From Minisyncoccia bacterium (GTDB taxonomy: Bacteria; Patescibacteriota; Minisyncoccia; Phycocordibacterales; UBA9973): 64,000 nt of DNA. Shown here in pieces: positions 39,114 through 47,948 of this stretch. The DNA lies in contig JBAQFC010000001.1 of NCBI GenBank assembly GCA_049287045.1, forward strand, positions 3,309 to 67,308, in the 5' to 3' direction. How positions within the stretch are numbered: position 1 is the stretch's first letter; each line of letters begins with the position of its first letter. The position numbers and the translations under genes are program-made. The notes beneath the pieces were generated by a model. The model was given only the letters and a program-made list of their open reading frames with translations, did not search any database and was not told where the DNA came from.

Positions 39114-41076
39114 CTAGTTCATAATCTATTGTTTTTCTTTCTAAGTCAACTTGTTTTACTTTGATTTTTATGCGATCACCCAGGCGATATACTTTTTTCT
39201 TTTTCTGTCCGACAAGTTCGAGTTTCTTTTCATTAAAAACATAAAAATCACCACTCATATCTCGTACACGTATTAGCCCTTCACATTTTGTTTCTATTTC
39301 TTCGATATAGATGCCCCATTCACTGACTCCACTGATGACTCCTTCGAAACTTTGTCCAATACGTAAGGACATATATTCTACTTGTTTGTACTTTATGGAC
39401 GCGCGTTCTGCGTCGGATGCGCGCTTTTCTTGTTCGGAAGCTTTTCTTGCGATCTCAGCATATTCTTTTAATTTTTCCGCGTGGATTTTATTTCCAGTAA
39501 GGAAGTCAGCTAATAGTCTGTGTACTACGACGTCTGGGTATCTTCTGATAGGGGAGGTAAAGTGAGTGTAGTATTCAAAAGCTAAACCGTAGTGACCGAT
39601 ATTTTTGGTTGAGTAAACTGCCTTTGCCATCGATCGAATGACAGCACGGTTTACAGTGTCTCTTTCTCCTTTGCCTATTAAATCTTTCAATAGTTTGTTT
39701 ATTTGATCAGAAGGGATAACACCATCAACTAAATTAACTTTATAACCCAAGCCTTTTAGGAAGTAAGCCAGGTCTTCTGTCTTTTCTTTACTGGGAACAT
39801 CGTGCACTCGATAAACAAAGACATCTTTGATTCCTTCTTTTTTAGCACTCTTTGAAATAATCTCTGCGACTTTCTTGTTTGCCAAAAGCATGAATTCCTC
39901 GATCAATTTATTTGAATCTCCACGCTCTTTTTTAATTACTTTTATTGGTATCGAATTTTCATCTAGTACGAATTTTACTTCTGCTTGTTCGAGAGAGATT
40001 GCACCTTTTGCAAATCTTTCTTTGGTGAATTTTTTTGCTAGTTCATTTAGAATAAAAAGTTCGGTATGAAGTGGGGCAGTGGTATCCTTGATTGATACTT
40101 CAGCTTCTTCATATGTAAATCTTTTTTGTGAATGAATTACTGTGCGGCCGAACCACTGGTCTTTTACCTGAGCATCTTTATCAATTATAAAAACAGCACT
40201 CATAGTGAGACGGTCTTTGTTTGGTACTAGAGAACAGAGGTCATTGGAAAGAGACTCTGGAAGCATGGGTATTGTACGGTCGACAAGGTAAACTGATGTG
40301 CCTCGTTCTCGAGCTTGTTCATCAAGCTCACTTCCAGGTTTCACATAATGAGAAACGTCTGCGATGTGGATACCGATTTCATATTCATCCGGGGCTGTTA
40401 CTTTGAAAGACAAAGCATCATCAAAATCCTTCGCATCGTATGGGTCAATAGTAAAAGTCAAAATGTTTCGGAAGTCTCGACGACCTGCATAATCCTTTTC
40501 AGAAATACCATTGGATTTTATTTGCTCAGCTTCTTTTTCTGATTTATCTGTTAGATTAAAATCAAATCCTTTTTCTATGGCAATTGCGCGCATTTCTGTG
40601 TTGTTGTTACCAGGAGTACCTAAAATTTCCATCACTTCTCCTTGAGGAGCTTTTTGAGGGTCTACCCAAGAAACTATTTTTACATATACCTTTTGTCCTA
40701 CTTTGGCATCACCATGCACTTTTTGGGGAATCAAAATATCTGTGTACATCTTAGTATCATCTGGTTTCAAGAAAAAAACGCCGTTCTCTTCTTCGAGGAC
40801 TCCAGCGAAACCCATTTTTAGTCTAGAGATTATTTTTGTTACTTCAGCTGTTTGGCGTCCAGATCCTTTTGGATGCAGTAAAATCTCTACCATGTCGCCA
40901 TGCATAGCTGTATTTAAATCCTTGAAATAAATTTCCGGGTCTTCTTTGAGACCTTCGACTTTGACATATCCGGTACCTTTGGAATTAACAGAAATGATTC
41001 CTTCTTGTTTGTTAGCTATTTCTTTGGTTTTTATTATTCCATTTATCTTATTGTATTTTTTAGGTTGTTTTTTCAT
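39097..41076 (-). CDS. rnr: ribonuclease R (RNase II family; CSD - RNB - S1)
   Basis: RNB motif FTIDPYDAKDFDDALS; C-terminal S1 domain; N-terminal cold-shock-like domain. Confidence 0.9.
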   Translation of the reverse strand: MKKQPKKYNKINGIIKTKEIANKQEGIISVNSKGTGYVKVEGLKEDPEIYFKDLNTAMHGDMVEILLHPKGSGRQTAEVTKIISRLKMGFAGVLEEENGVFFLKPDDTKMYTDILIPQKVHGDAKVGQKVYVKIVSWVDPQKAPQGEVMEILGTPGNNNTEMRAIAIEKGFDFNLTDKSEKEAEQIKSNGISEKDYAGRRDFRNILTFTIDPYDAKDFDDALSFKVTAPDEYEIGIHIADVSHYVKPGSELDEQARERGTSVYLVDRTIPMLPESLSNDLCSLVPNKDRLTMSAVFIIDKDAQVKDQWFGRTVIHSQKRFTYEEAEVSIKDTTAPLHTELFILNELAKKFTKERFAKGAISLEQAEVKFVLDENSIPIKVIKKERGDSNKLIEEFMLLANKKVAEIISKSAKKEGIKDVFVYRVHDVPSKEKTEDLAYFLKGLGYKVNLVDGVIPSDQINKLLKDLIGKGERDTVNRAVIRSMAKAVYSTKNIGHYGLAFEYYTHFTSPIRRYPDVVVHRLLADFLTGNKIHAEKLKEYAEIARKASEQEKRASDAERASIKYKQVEYMSLRIGQSFEGVISGVSEWGIYIEEIETKCEGLIRVRDMSGDFYVFNEKKLELVGQKKKKVYRLGDRIKIKVKQVDLERKTIDYELDEPKP

Positions 41077-41166
41077 ATAATTTGGTGTTTTCCCGTTTAT
41101 TGGGGGTTTATTCCTTTAATATAGCACATTATTTGCTTTTTTTATAAATCATGATAGACTATTGCT

Positions 41167-41475
41167 ATGTTAAAAATAAGATTACAGCGAATAGGCAGAA
41201 AGAACGACCCCGCTTTTCGGGCAGTTTTGACTGACTCTAAGAACAGTACCAAGAGTGGAAGATTCTTGGAAATTGTCGGTACTTATAATCCTAAGGCCGG
41301 AGAGACCAATTTTAAGTCTGATAGAATAAAATATTGGATTTCTAAAGGCGCACAGCTTTCTGATACAATGCACAATTTTTTGGTGCACCAGAAAGTTATT
41401 GAAGGTAAGAAAGTAAACGTATTGCCTAAGAAAACTCCTACTCTGAAAAAGAAAGAGTTGAAGGGAAAGAAATAA
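41167..41475 (+). CDS. rpsP: 30S ribosomal protein S16
   Basis: MLKIRLQRIGRKNDPAFRAVLTDSKN...RFLEIVGTYNP. Confidence 0.9.
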   Translation: MLKIRLQRIGRKNDPAFRAVLTDSKNSTKSGRFLEIVGTYNPKAGETNFKSDRIKYWISKGAQLSDTMHNFLVHQKVIEGKKVNVLPKKTPTLKKKELKGKK

Positions 41476-41551
41476 TAATATATACTTACTCCTAGCAGTT
41501 TCTTTTAGTCGGGACACTGCAATTTATTAAAAATATTTGATATCTGAATAT

Positions 41552-41878
41552 ATGCAAGACGCTGACAAAACATTTTTAGAATACGTAGTAAAAGCTTTGG
41601 TTGATAATCCTAACGATGTAAAACTTGATCGTACTGTGGATGAAATGGGCGTGCTTATCAGTCTTACTGTAAATCCTGCTGACATGGGCAAGATTATCGG
41701 AAGAATGGGTAACACTGCAAAAGCTATTCGCACTCTTCTAAGAGTTATCGGAATGAAAAACAATGCTCGTGTGAACCTAAAGATCAACGAACCAGAAGGA
41801 AGTACTAGACCAGCTCCATCCGCAAGTCCAACACTTAAAACTGTTGACCAAGCAATGGAAGACTTGAAAGGAATATAA
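41552..41878 (+). CDS. KH-domain RNA-binding protein (YlqC/UPF0109 family), in the conserved rpsP-KH-trmD neighbourhood
   Basis: GKIIGRMGNTAKAIRTLL KH motif; start set at the ATG at 41552 (the track ORF begins at a TTG). Confidence 0.75.
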   Translation: MQDADKTFLEYVVKALVDNPNDVKLDRTVDEMGVLISLTVNPADMGKIIGRMGNTAKAIRTLLRVIGMKNNARVNLKINEPEGSTRPAPSASPTLKTVDQAMEDLKGI

Positions 41879-41892
41879 ATATTTAAATTAAA

Positions 41893-41927
41893 ATAAAGCC
41901 CCCGACCTTAGGTCGGGGGCTTTATTG
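41893..41927 (+). terminator. rho-independent terminator (agcccccgacc-tta-ggtcgggggct plus T-run)
   Basis: read directly. Confidence 0.7.
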
Positions 41928-42072
41928 TTTATTGACATTTTGACATATTAATGATAATGTATTGTTAGTTGATATGTTCTTTAATGTCTGGTTTTTATTT
42001 GTTTGGTGAATTTTCTAAGCTTCTTTATGGTGGCTGAGATAATTCACTAAAAACTCACCTAAAATAAAACCC

Positions 42073-42396
42073 ATGAAAAATATAATATTTTTTATTGCTT
42101 TCTTTTTATTATTTTTTATTTCTTGTTCTCCTAAAAAGGAAAATAATCAAGAATATGGTTTTCGTCGACCGTATATTATCATTAGATATGATTCTAATGG
42201 AATTATTACTGATATTTGGAAATTAGAAGATACTCGTAATATTCAAAAGACTCAGCTTAATAATCGTATTAATTTTGTAGATTATAAAAATAATACAATT
42301 TCCTTAAGCGGAAAAAGTATAAAGATAATAGAGATAAAAAATAAAAAAGAAAAAAATTACCTATTTAAATTATATGTTGAGTGTCATGAAAATTAA
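42073..42396 (+). CDS. small putative lipoprotein (lipobox FISC)
   Basis: signal peptide with ISC lipobox. Confidence 0.4.
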   Translation: MKNIIFFIAFFLLFFISCSPKKENNQEYGFRRPYIIIRYDSNGIITDIWKLEDTRNIQKTQLNNRINFVDYKNNTISLSGKSIKIIEIKNKKEKNYLFKLYVECHEN

Positions 42397-42417
42397 AACA
42401 GGTTTTTTATTCAATTA

Positions 42418-42449
42418 TTACCTCCATAAGACTTGGAGGTAATTTTTTT
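42418..42449 (+). terminator. rho-independent terminator (ttacctcc...ggaggtaa plus T7)
   Basis: read directly. Confidence 0.6.
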
Positions 42450-42509
42450 GTCTCTAAAATATTGAAAAAGTCTTTTTCAGTTGTAGTTGAGTTATGTTAT
42501 TATAATCTT

Positions 42510-43172
42510 ATGCGTTTTCATATAATTACAATTTTCCCTGATATTTTTGATTCATATTTAAATGAGTCTATTATTGGGCGGGCTATTAAGAATAAGCTTA
42601 TTAGCGTTAGTTTTTACAATCCTCGTGATTTTGTGAAGTCTCAGAATGTGAATGATTATCGTCCAGTGGATGGACGACCTTATGGTGGTGGACCTGGGAT
42701 GGTTATGCAGGCTGAACCGATATTGAAAGCTATTGAAAAAGCTAAATCAAAAATTAAGAGCAAGAATGCTAAGGTTAAAATAATAAATTTTTGTCCGTCA
42801 GGAAAAAAGTTTGATACTAGTTACGCAAAAAATTCAGTCAAAAAATATACAGATATTATTTTAATCTCCGGACGTTATGAAGGAATAGATGCTCGAGTGA
42901 AGAAAATTTTTAAAGCTGAAGATATTTCTATAGGGGATTATGTTTTGACTGGTGGGGAACTGCCTGCAATGATTTTAATTGATTGTATTTCTCGTCAGAC
43001 ACCGGGCGTCTTGGGTAAGATCGAATCACTAGAAGAAAACCGTGTTTCATCAAGTGAATTTTACACTCGTCCAGAAGTTTTGAAATTTAAAGGAAAAAAT
43101 TATAAAGTTCCTAAAGTTTTACTTTCTGGAGATCATAAAAAAATAGAAGAGTGGAAACAGAGAAATAAATAA
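42510..43172 (+). CDS. trmD: tRNA (guanine37-N1)-methyltransferase TrmD
   Basis: MRFHIITIFPD, RPYGGGPGMVM, SGRYEGIDARV, GDYVLTGGELPAMILIDCISR; start at the ATG at 42510 (the track ORF starts at a TTG). Confidence 0.9.
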   Translation: MRFHIITIFPDIFDSYLNESIIGRAIKNKLISVSFYNPRDFVKSQNVNDYRPVDGRPYGGGPGMVMQAEPILKAIEKAKSKIKSKNAKVKIINFCPSGKKFDTSYAKNSVKKYTDIILISGRYEGIDARVKKIFKAEDISIGDYVLTGGELPAMILIDCISRQTPGVLGKIESLEENRVSSSEFYTRPEVLKFKGKNYKVPKVLLSGDHKKIEEWKQRNK

Positions 43173-43182
43173 AAGTAATAAC

Positions 43183-43446
43183 ATGGTGACTGTAACTAAA
43201 AAAATTGATACAGAATGGTTTGAGTTAGTTCTCTCTGGAAAGAAGAAATTTGAACTTCGTCTTGCTGATTTTGATATAAAAGAAGGGGATATTTTAAGAC
43301 TTGAAGAATATACAGAAGAAAAGAAACCAACAGGAAGATTTATCGAAAAAGTTGTAACTTATGTTCGCAAACCTGATTTGTCTGAATGGATAAAACAACA
43401 GCCAGAATTATTAGAAAAATCTTTTTTTGTTATTCAGTTTGATTAA
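43183..43446 (+). CDS. ASCH/DUF3850-like small PUA-fold protein
   Basis: EWFELVLSGKKKFELRL...GDILRLEEY pattern. Confidence 0.45.
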   Translation: MVTVTKKIDTEWFELVLSGKKKFELRLADFDIKEGDILRLEEYTEEKKPTGRFIEKVVTYVRKPDLSEWIKQQPELLEKSFFVIQFD

Positions 43447-43447
43447 T

Positions 43448-43475
43448 TGTGTATAAATGTCGAAGGTCGGACCTT
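43448..43475. repeat. 28-bp direct repeat copy A (TGTGTATAAATGTCGAAGGTCGGACCTT); core is the 13-bp perfect palindrome AAGGTCGGACCTT
   Basis: 27/28 identity with 44388-44415; contains a TGnTATAAAT extended -10-like element. Confidence 0.8.
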
Positions 43476-43503
43476 TAATATTTTACGTGATACAATATAT
43501 TTT

Positions 43504-43818
43504 ATGTCATACAAAATTGTTGTTTATGTGCCCCTAGAAAACGCTGATACTGTTCGAGATGCAATAGCTAATGCTGGGGGAGGAAAATTAGGCAAATACA
43601 CACATTGTACTTTTTCTGTTAGAGGAACAGGTCGTTTTAAGCCTGAAGATGGTGCCAATCCACATATTGGAAAAGTTGGTGAATTAGAATTAGTTGATGA
43701 AGAAAGAATTGAAGTAACTTGCCAAAATAATGTTATGAGTAATGTTGTTGCAGCTATCAAGAAAGTACATCCATACGAAGAAGTTGCAATGGATATTTAT
43801 GAGTTAACTGATTTGTAA
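43504..43818 (+). CDS. Nif3-family C-terminal (YqfO-C-like, PII-like fold) domain protein, standalone
   Basis: KIVVYVPLENADTVRDAIANAGGGKLGKYTHCTFSVRGTGRFKPEDGANPHIGK...VHPYEEVAMDIYEL matches the YqfO C-terminal domain. Confidence 0.55.
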   Translation: MSYKIVVYVPLENADTVRDAIANAGGGKLGKYTHCTFSVRGTGRFKPEDGANPHIGKVGELELVDEERIEVTCQNNVMSNVVAAIKKVHPYEEVAMDIYELTDL

Positions 43819-43867
43819 TTTAATTTCATTTAAAAACATGTAGGTCCCACTATAAGAAATAAATAAT

Positions 43868-44341
43868 ATGAGAAACACAAAAGAAGCATTAATATGGATC
43901 ACTGATATTCTAAAGAAATTGGAAGTACCTTTTGAAATTGACGGGGGTATGGCAGCTAATCTTTATGGGGCTGAAAGAGAACTTGCTGATATAGATATCA
44001 ATGTGCCATTAGAGCATTTTCATAAAATTACTCCTTTAGTAAAAGAATATATCATTTACGGACCTTTAAAATACAAAGATGATAATTGGGATGACCTTAT
44101 GATGACATTAAAATACCTTGAGCAAGATATTGATATTTGTGCTTTGGGTGATATGAAATATTTTGATTCAAAAAATATGAAATGGGTAGATATGCCGTCG
44201 GATCTTTCTACTGTTAAAATGATGAAATATGAGGATATTGAAGTTCCTGTGATTGATAGACAAACTTTAATTGATTACAAAAAAGTGTTAGATAGGGAAG
44301 TTGATAGAATAGATGTTGAATTTATGTTAAAAAATAAATAA
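43868..44341 (+). CDS. Lnu(A)/ANT-like small nucleotidyltransferase (pol-beta NTase fold)
   Basis: FEIDGGMAANLYGAERELADIDINV (hG[GS]...D[IV]D motif); size (157 aa) and pattern resemble lincosamide/aminoglycoside nucleotidyltransferases. Confidence 0.55.
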   Translation: MRNTKEALIWITDILKKLEVPFEIDGGMAANLYGAERELADIDINVPLEHFHKITPLVKEYIIYGPLKYKDDNWDDLMMTLKYLEQDIDICALGDMKYFDSKNMKWVDMPSDLSTVKMMKYEDIEVPVIDRQTLIDYKKVLDREVDRIDVEFMLKNK

Positions 44342-44345
44342 TCCC

Positions 44346-44380
44346 AATACATAGGAAACTCCTGTGTATTCTATGTATTG
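44346..44380. other. 10-bp-stem hairpin (caatacatag - 15-nt loop - ctatgtattg) just after the NTase stop
   Basis: read directly. Confidence 0.45.
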
Positions 44381-44387
44381 GAATAAC

Positions 44388-44415
44388 TGTGAATAAATGT
44401 CGAAGGTCGGACCTT
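44388..44415. repeat. 28-bp direct repeat copy B (TGTGAATAAATGTCGAAGGTCGGACCTT)
   Basis: 27/28 identity with copy A. Confidence 0.8.
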
Positions 44416-45635
44416 CGATAGAAGGCTTATGTTATAATAAAAGTGTGAAAACAAAAATAATTTCAAAAAGTAAATACAAAATTACATACGGAGGATGGTA
44501 TCAGCGAACAACACTCCATCTTAGTGAAATATATATGTTGTTTATGCATGGCACCTCCAATTTGAATTTATCAAAAGAAGAACTCAAAAAGTTTCAAGAA
44601 GGGCTTCAGCTTGCCAGTATTTCCCGCGAATCCGGTTATTTTGAATATATCAAAGCAGTAACAACATCAGGCATAGAAGTCCGATATTATGAAGACGGTC
44701 TTTATACTTTAGATATTTATTCTGATGATATTTCGACTGCACAAGATATGCTTGAAAAATATTTTCAAGAAAAACTTAGTCCGGCGATCTCTTTTATTTT
44801 TTCTCTTGGCGCACCGACTCCAAAAATATTAGCAAATATAAAGACAGACCACCCAGTCGCAGTGAGTATTTTAAACGATAAAAATGATAATTTTATTTTA
44901 GATGAATCTTTGTTCGGTGAAGTTTATACTAAAATTTCAAGTGGAGGTATTACAGTATATAAAACTCCGAAGTATATTTTTATTTCTGCCCCAAGAGAAG
45001 CAGGGAAATACATGAATGATGTTATTGAGATGCAAATTTTCTTCCGAGAATTCAAGGACCAGCTTGAAAAATATTTGCATATTCACAGGACTATTTGGGA
45101 AGAGATTTCTAATATCAAGGAAGCAAAGATAATTAAAGGCAAGGATGTTGAAGAAATAAGAGGTAGACTCGATGGTTATCAAAAAACAATCAGTCTCATC
45201 AGTAATCGAATTAATCAGATGAATTCTTATATCAATACTCGTTCTTCTATTGCAAAAAATCTTGAAATTGAAAAGGAACTGGTGGCTCTTTTTGAATATA
45301 AATTTGAAACACTAACTGATACATTGTCTTATATCAAAGAAATATGGAAAATGACCGGTGATTATCTCGCGTCAGCTATCGGTAATCTTGTGGAAATAAA
45401 AAATCAAAGTACGAGTAATAATTTAAAATCTCTTCAGACTATTACAAGTATTGGAGTGATTTCGGGAGTAATAGGCTATTTATCGGCAAGCAAACTACCA
45501 AGCATTAGTAAAGAAGGGGCCGTATATTTTATTATTCTTTTTTGTTTGACTTGGCTTATGAATTTTATAATCTCAAAGAGATATAAGAATAAGAAATATA
45601 GTTTAAAATTTGGTGACCGCGCATCCAACATATAA
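44397..45635 (+). CDS. hypothetical protein with C-terminal TM helix; true start uncertain (the track start lies inside repeat B; Met residues at about residue 47 and about 50 are alternatives)
   Basis: ORF; predicted coiled-coil middle; C-terminal hydrophobic segment. Confidence 0.35.
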   Translation: MSKVGPSIEGLCYNKSVKTKIISKSKYKITYGGWYQRTTLHLSEIYMLFMHGTSNLNLSKEELKKFQEGLQLASISRESGYFEYIKAVTTSGIEVRYYEDGLYTLDIYSDDISTAQDMLEKYFQEKLSPAISFIFSLGAPTPKILANIKTDHPVAVSILNDKNDNFILDESLFGEVYTKISSGGITVYKTPKYIFISAPREAGKYMNDVIEMQIFFREFKDQLEKYLHIHRTIWEEISNIKEAKIIKGKDVEEIRGRLDGYQKTISLISNRINQMNSYINTRSSIAKNLEIEKELVALFEYKFETLTDTLSYIKEIWKMTGDYLASAIGNLVEIKNQSTSNNLKSLQTITSIGVISGVIGYLSASKLPSISKEGAVYFIILFCLTWLMNFIISKRYKNKKYSLKFGDRASNI

Positions 45636-45651
45636 TATAAATTTAATTTTT

Positions 45652-46851
45652 ATGGAAACTCCAACAAAAAAGAATTTTTTAAATGTTCATCCGGATGTAT
45701 TGAAACTAGGCATTGTTAGTTTTTTTACTGATGTTAGTTCGGAAGCTATTTTTTCTGTCTTTTCAATATTTTTCACAATAGTTTTGGGTGCCTCTTCTGC
45801 GTTGCTCGGCTTAGTAGAAGGCTTCTCAGATTTTTTTGCGTCGTCATTAGATTATTTTTCTGGTTGGCTATCAGATAGATCAGGAAAAAGAAAACCTTTA
45901 ACTATTTTTGGTTATGGCTTTTCAACTTTAGCAAAAATATTATTACTCTTTGTTACTTCTGTTTCCGCTTTGGCTTCATTCAGAATTATTGAACGTCTGG
46001 GAAAAAGTTTTCGTGGTCCACCCAGAGATGCTTGGCTTTCTTCTGTCGCAGATGAGTCCAATAGAGGTTATGCTTTTGGTATACATAAAGCCTTAGATAA
46101 AGCTGGAGCTGTTTTAGGACCAATCCTTGCATATGTTTTATTGAGCTGGCTTGGTACAAATGTACACACTTTCCGTATCATTTTCATTGGGGCAGCAGTT
46201 TCAGCGGTCATAGCGGTTATTATTCTTTCCTTTATGAAGGATCGTCCAGGTGCTCCACATGAAAGAGAAAATATTTTTAAGGCTTGGGGAACATTGAGTC
46301 CTGAATTTAAGCTCTATCTTATTCCAGCTGGTATTTTTTCTTTAGCGTATTTTAGTTTTGGTTTTATTCTCCTTCGTGCTTATACTTTGGGTTTTGAGAT
46401 AAAGGATGTTGTTTTACTTTATGCTCTTTTTAATATTACTTTTGTTATAGTTTCAGCACCGATTGGTAAACTTGGAGATATTATAGGAAGAAAATATATA
46501 ATTATTTTAGGTTACATAATATATGCGTTAATGTCTCTAGGCTTTGTTTTTGCTACCCATAAATGGGAGGTGATTGTCTTATTTATAATGTTTGGTGTTT
46601 TTTATAGTATTGATGAAGCTCAAAACAAAGCGTTTGTTACTGATTTGGAAAAAGACCGACGAGCGACTGCTATTGGTATGCTTAATTTTGTAAATGGTTT
46701 AATTTATCTTCCAGCATCATTGATAGCTGGAGCATTATGGTTACTTCACCCTACATACGCTTTTGGTCTTGCAGTTTTTATAACATTGGTTGCGTTAGGT
46801 GTTTTCATTTTTATATTGCCTAGGATTATTAAAAAAAATGAAAATATTTAA
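45652..46851 (+). CDS. MFS transporter
   Basis: 12 TM pattern with RxGRR-like loop (SDRSGKRKP). Confidence 0.7.
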   Translation: METPTKKNFLNVHPDVLKLGIVSFFTDVSSEAIFSVFSIFFTIVLGASSALLGLVEGFSDFFASSLDYFSGWLSDRSGKRKPLTIFGYGFSTLAKILLLFVTSVSALASFRIIERLGKSFRGPPRDAWLSSVADESNRGYAFGIHKALDKAGAVLGPILAYVLLSWLGTNVHTFRIIFIGAAVSAVIAVIILSFMKDRPGAPHERENIFKAWGTLSPEFKLYLIPAGIFSLAYFSFGFILLRAYTLGFEIKDVVLLYALFNITFVIVSAPIGKLGDIIGRKYIIILGYIIYALMSLGFVFATHKWEVIVLFIMFGVFYSIDEAQNKAFVTDLEKDRRATAIGMLNFVNGLIYLPASLIAGALWLLHPTYAFGLAVFITLVALGVFIFILPRIIKKNENI

Positions 46852-47311
46852 TAGAATAAAAGAACAGCACCTTTTGGCTAGGAGACATTTAGATAAAAAA
46901 CTAATTTTCAGGTTAGTTATCTTTATCTGTATTTTTTTGATAATGATTGTTCTTATTTCTTACAATATTTTTGAAAATGAAATTGGTTTCTTTTTGGCTA
47001 TAATAGGATTTATTTTGGGTGTTGGTATCGGTCTTGCTTCAGGCAGAGTGTTCTCTGTTCGGTGGCACCAAGAAGATTTAAAAGTAGTTTCTCGTATGGA
47101 TAAAATAGGAATAATGTTTTTAATACCGTATCTCATTTTTACTTTCTACCGAGAAAGAATTCTAACTTTTTGGTTTCATGGCCCATTACTTTCCGCTTTT
47201 ACTTTTAGTCTTATTGCTGGAATAATGTTGGGGAGAATTATGTATCTTTTTTTTCATATAAAAAAGACTTTAGCAGTAGAGGGAATTTCTTTTTCTGAAA
47301 AAAATTTGTAG
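46838..47311 (+). CDS. hypothetical polytopic membrane protein
   Basis: four hydrophobic segments. Confidence 0.35.
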   Translation: MKIFNRIKEQHLLARRHLDKKLIFRLVIFICIFLIMIVLISYNIFENEIGFFLAIIGFILGVGIGLASGRVFSVRWHQEDLKVVSRMDKIGIMFLIPYLIFTFYRERILTFWFHGPLLSAFTFSLIAGIMLGRIMYLFFHIKKTLAVEGISFSEKNL

Positions 47312-47323
47312 TATACTAAATAA

Positions 47324-47944
47324 GTGAAGAAATTTCTGTTATCATTTTTTGTTATAGGTAGTTTTGCACTATACGTCGCCTATTATGGTAGTAGTGGTTC
47401 TTTGAGTTATATTTCTAGCCCTGTTACTGAAGTAAAAAATAACACTATAACTGATACTCAAAACACAACTGCTAGTCAACCCACTCAGATTTTCAAGGTT
47501 CCCAGAAATATTTTTGGTGAAGATGATGATAACGAAGAAGATGATGATGATGGTCGTTCTGTACCAGGAACTACTCCAACTCCAATCTTGAGTTCTGTTC
47601 CTGTGACCACAACAAAGCCAACGATCAATATGGGTTCTCAAATGATGCCTGTACATATGGGTTTATATAAAGATGGAACATACGTAGGAAGTAACGAATA
47701 TGCATACAGTGATTATATAAAAGTAACCGCTGTAATTTCTGGTGGTAAGATTACTGATATACAATTTCCTACCAATTCTATTGGTCCAAACCGAACACAA
47801 CAAATTTACAGTTATTCAATGCCTATCTTAAAATCAGAAGCAATCTCTGCCCAATCCGCAAGTATCAATGGAGTTTCTGGTGCAACCTATACTAGTGCTG
47901 CGTTCAAACAATCATTAGCCTACGCATTAACACAAGCAAAATAA
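47324..47944 (+). CDS. membrane-anchored FMN-binding-domain protein (putative flavinylation substrate, SGATYTS motif)
   Basis: N-terminal TM; acidic linker EDDDNEEDDDDG; C-terminal FMN_bind-like region ...INGVSGATYTSAAFKQSL; GTG start. Confidence 0.7.
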   Translation: MKKFLLSFFVIGSFALYVAYYGSSGSLSYISSPVTEVKNNTITDTQNTTASQPTQIFKVPRNIFGEDDDNEEDDDDGRSVPGTTPTPILSSVPVTTTKPTINMGSQMMPVHMGLYKDGTYVGSNEYAYSDYIKVTAVISGGKITDIQFPTNSIGPNRTQQIYSYSMPILKSEAISAQSASINGVSGATYTSAAFKQSLAYALTQAK

Positions 47945-47948
47945 TAAT

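Noticed and set aside
47369-47656. Antisense 95-aa ORF opposite the FMN-binding protein gene (and similar antisense ORFs at 3370-3609, 6439-6669, 57189-57782 and elsewhere)
   Set aside because: They overlap well-supported genes on the opposite strand and have low-complexity or odd composition, so they are ORF-track artefacts.
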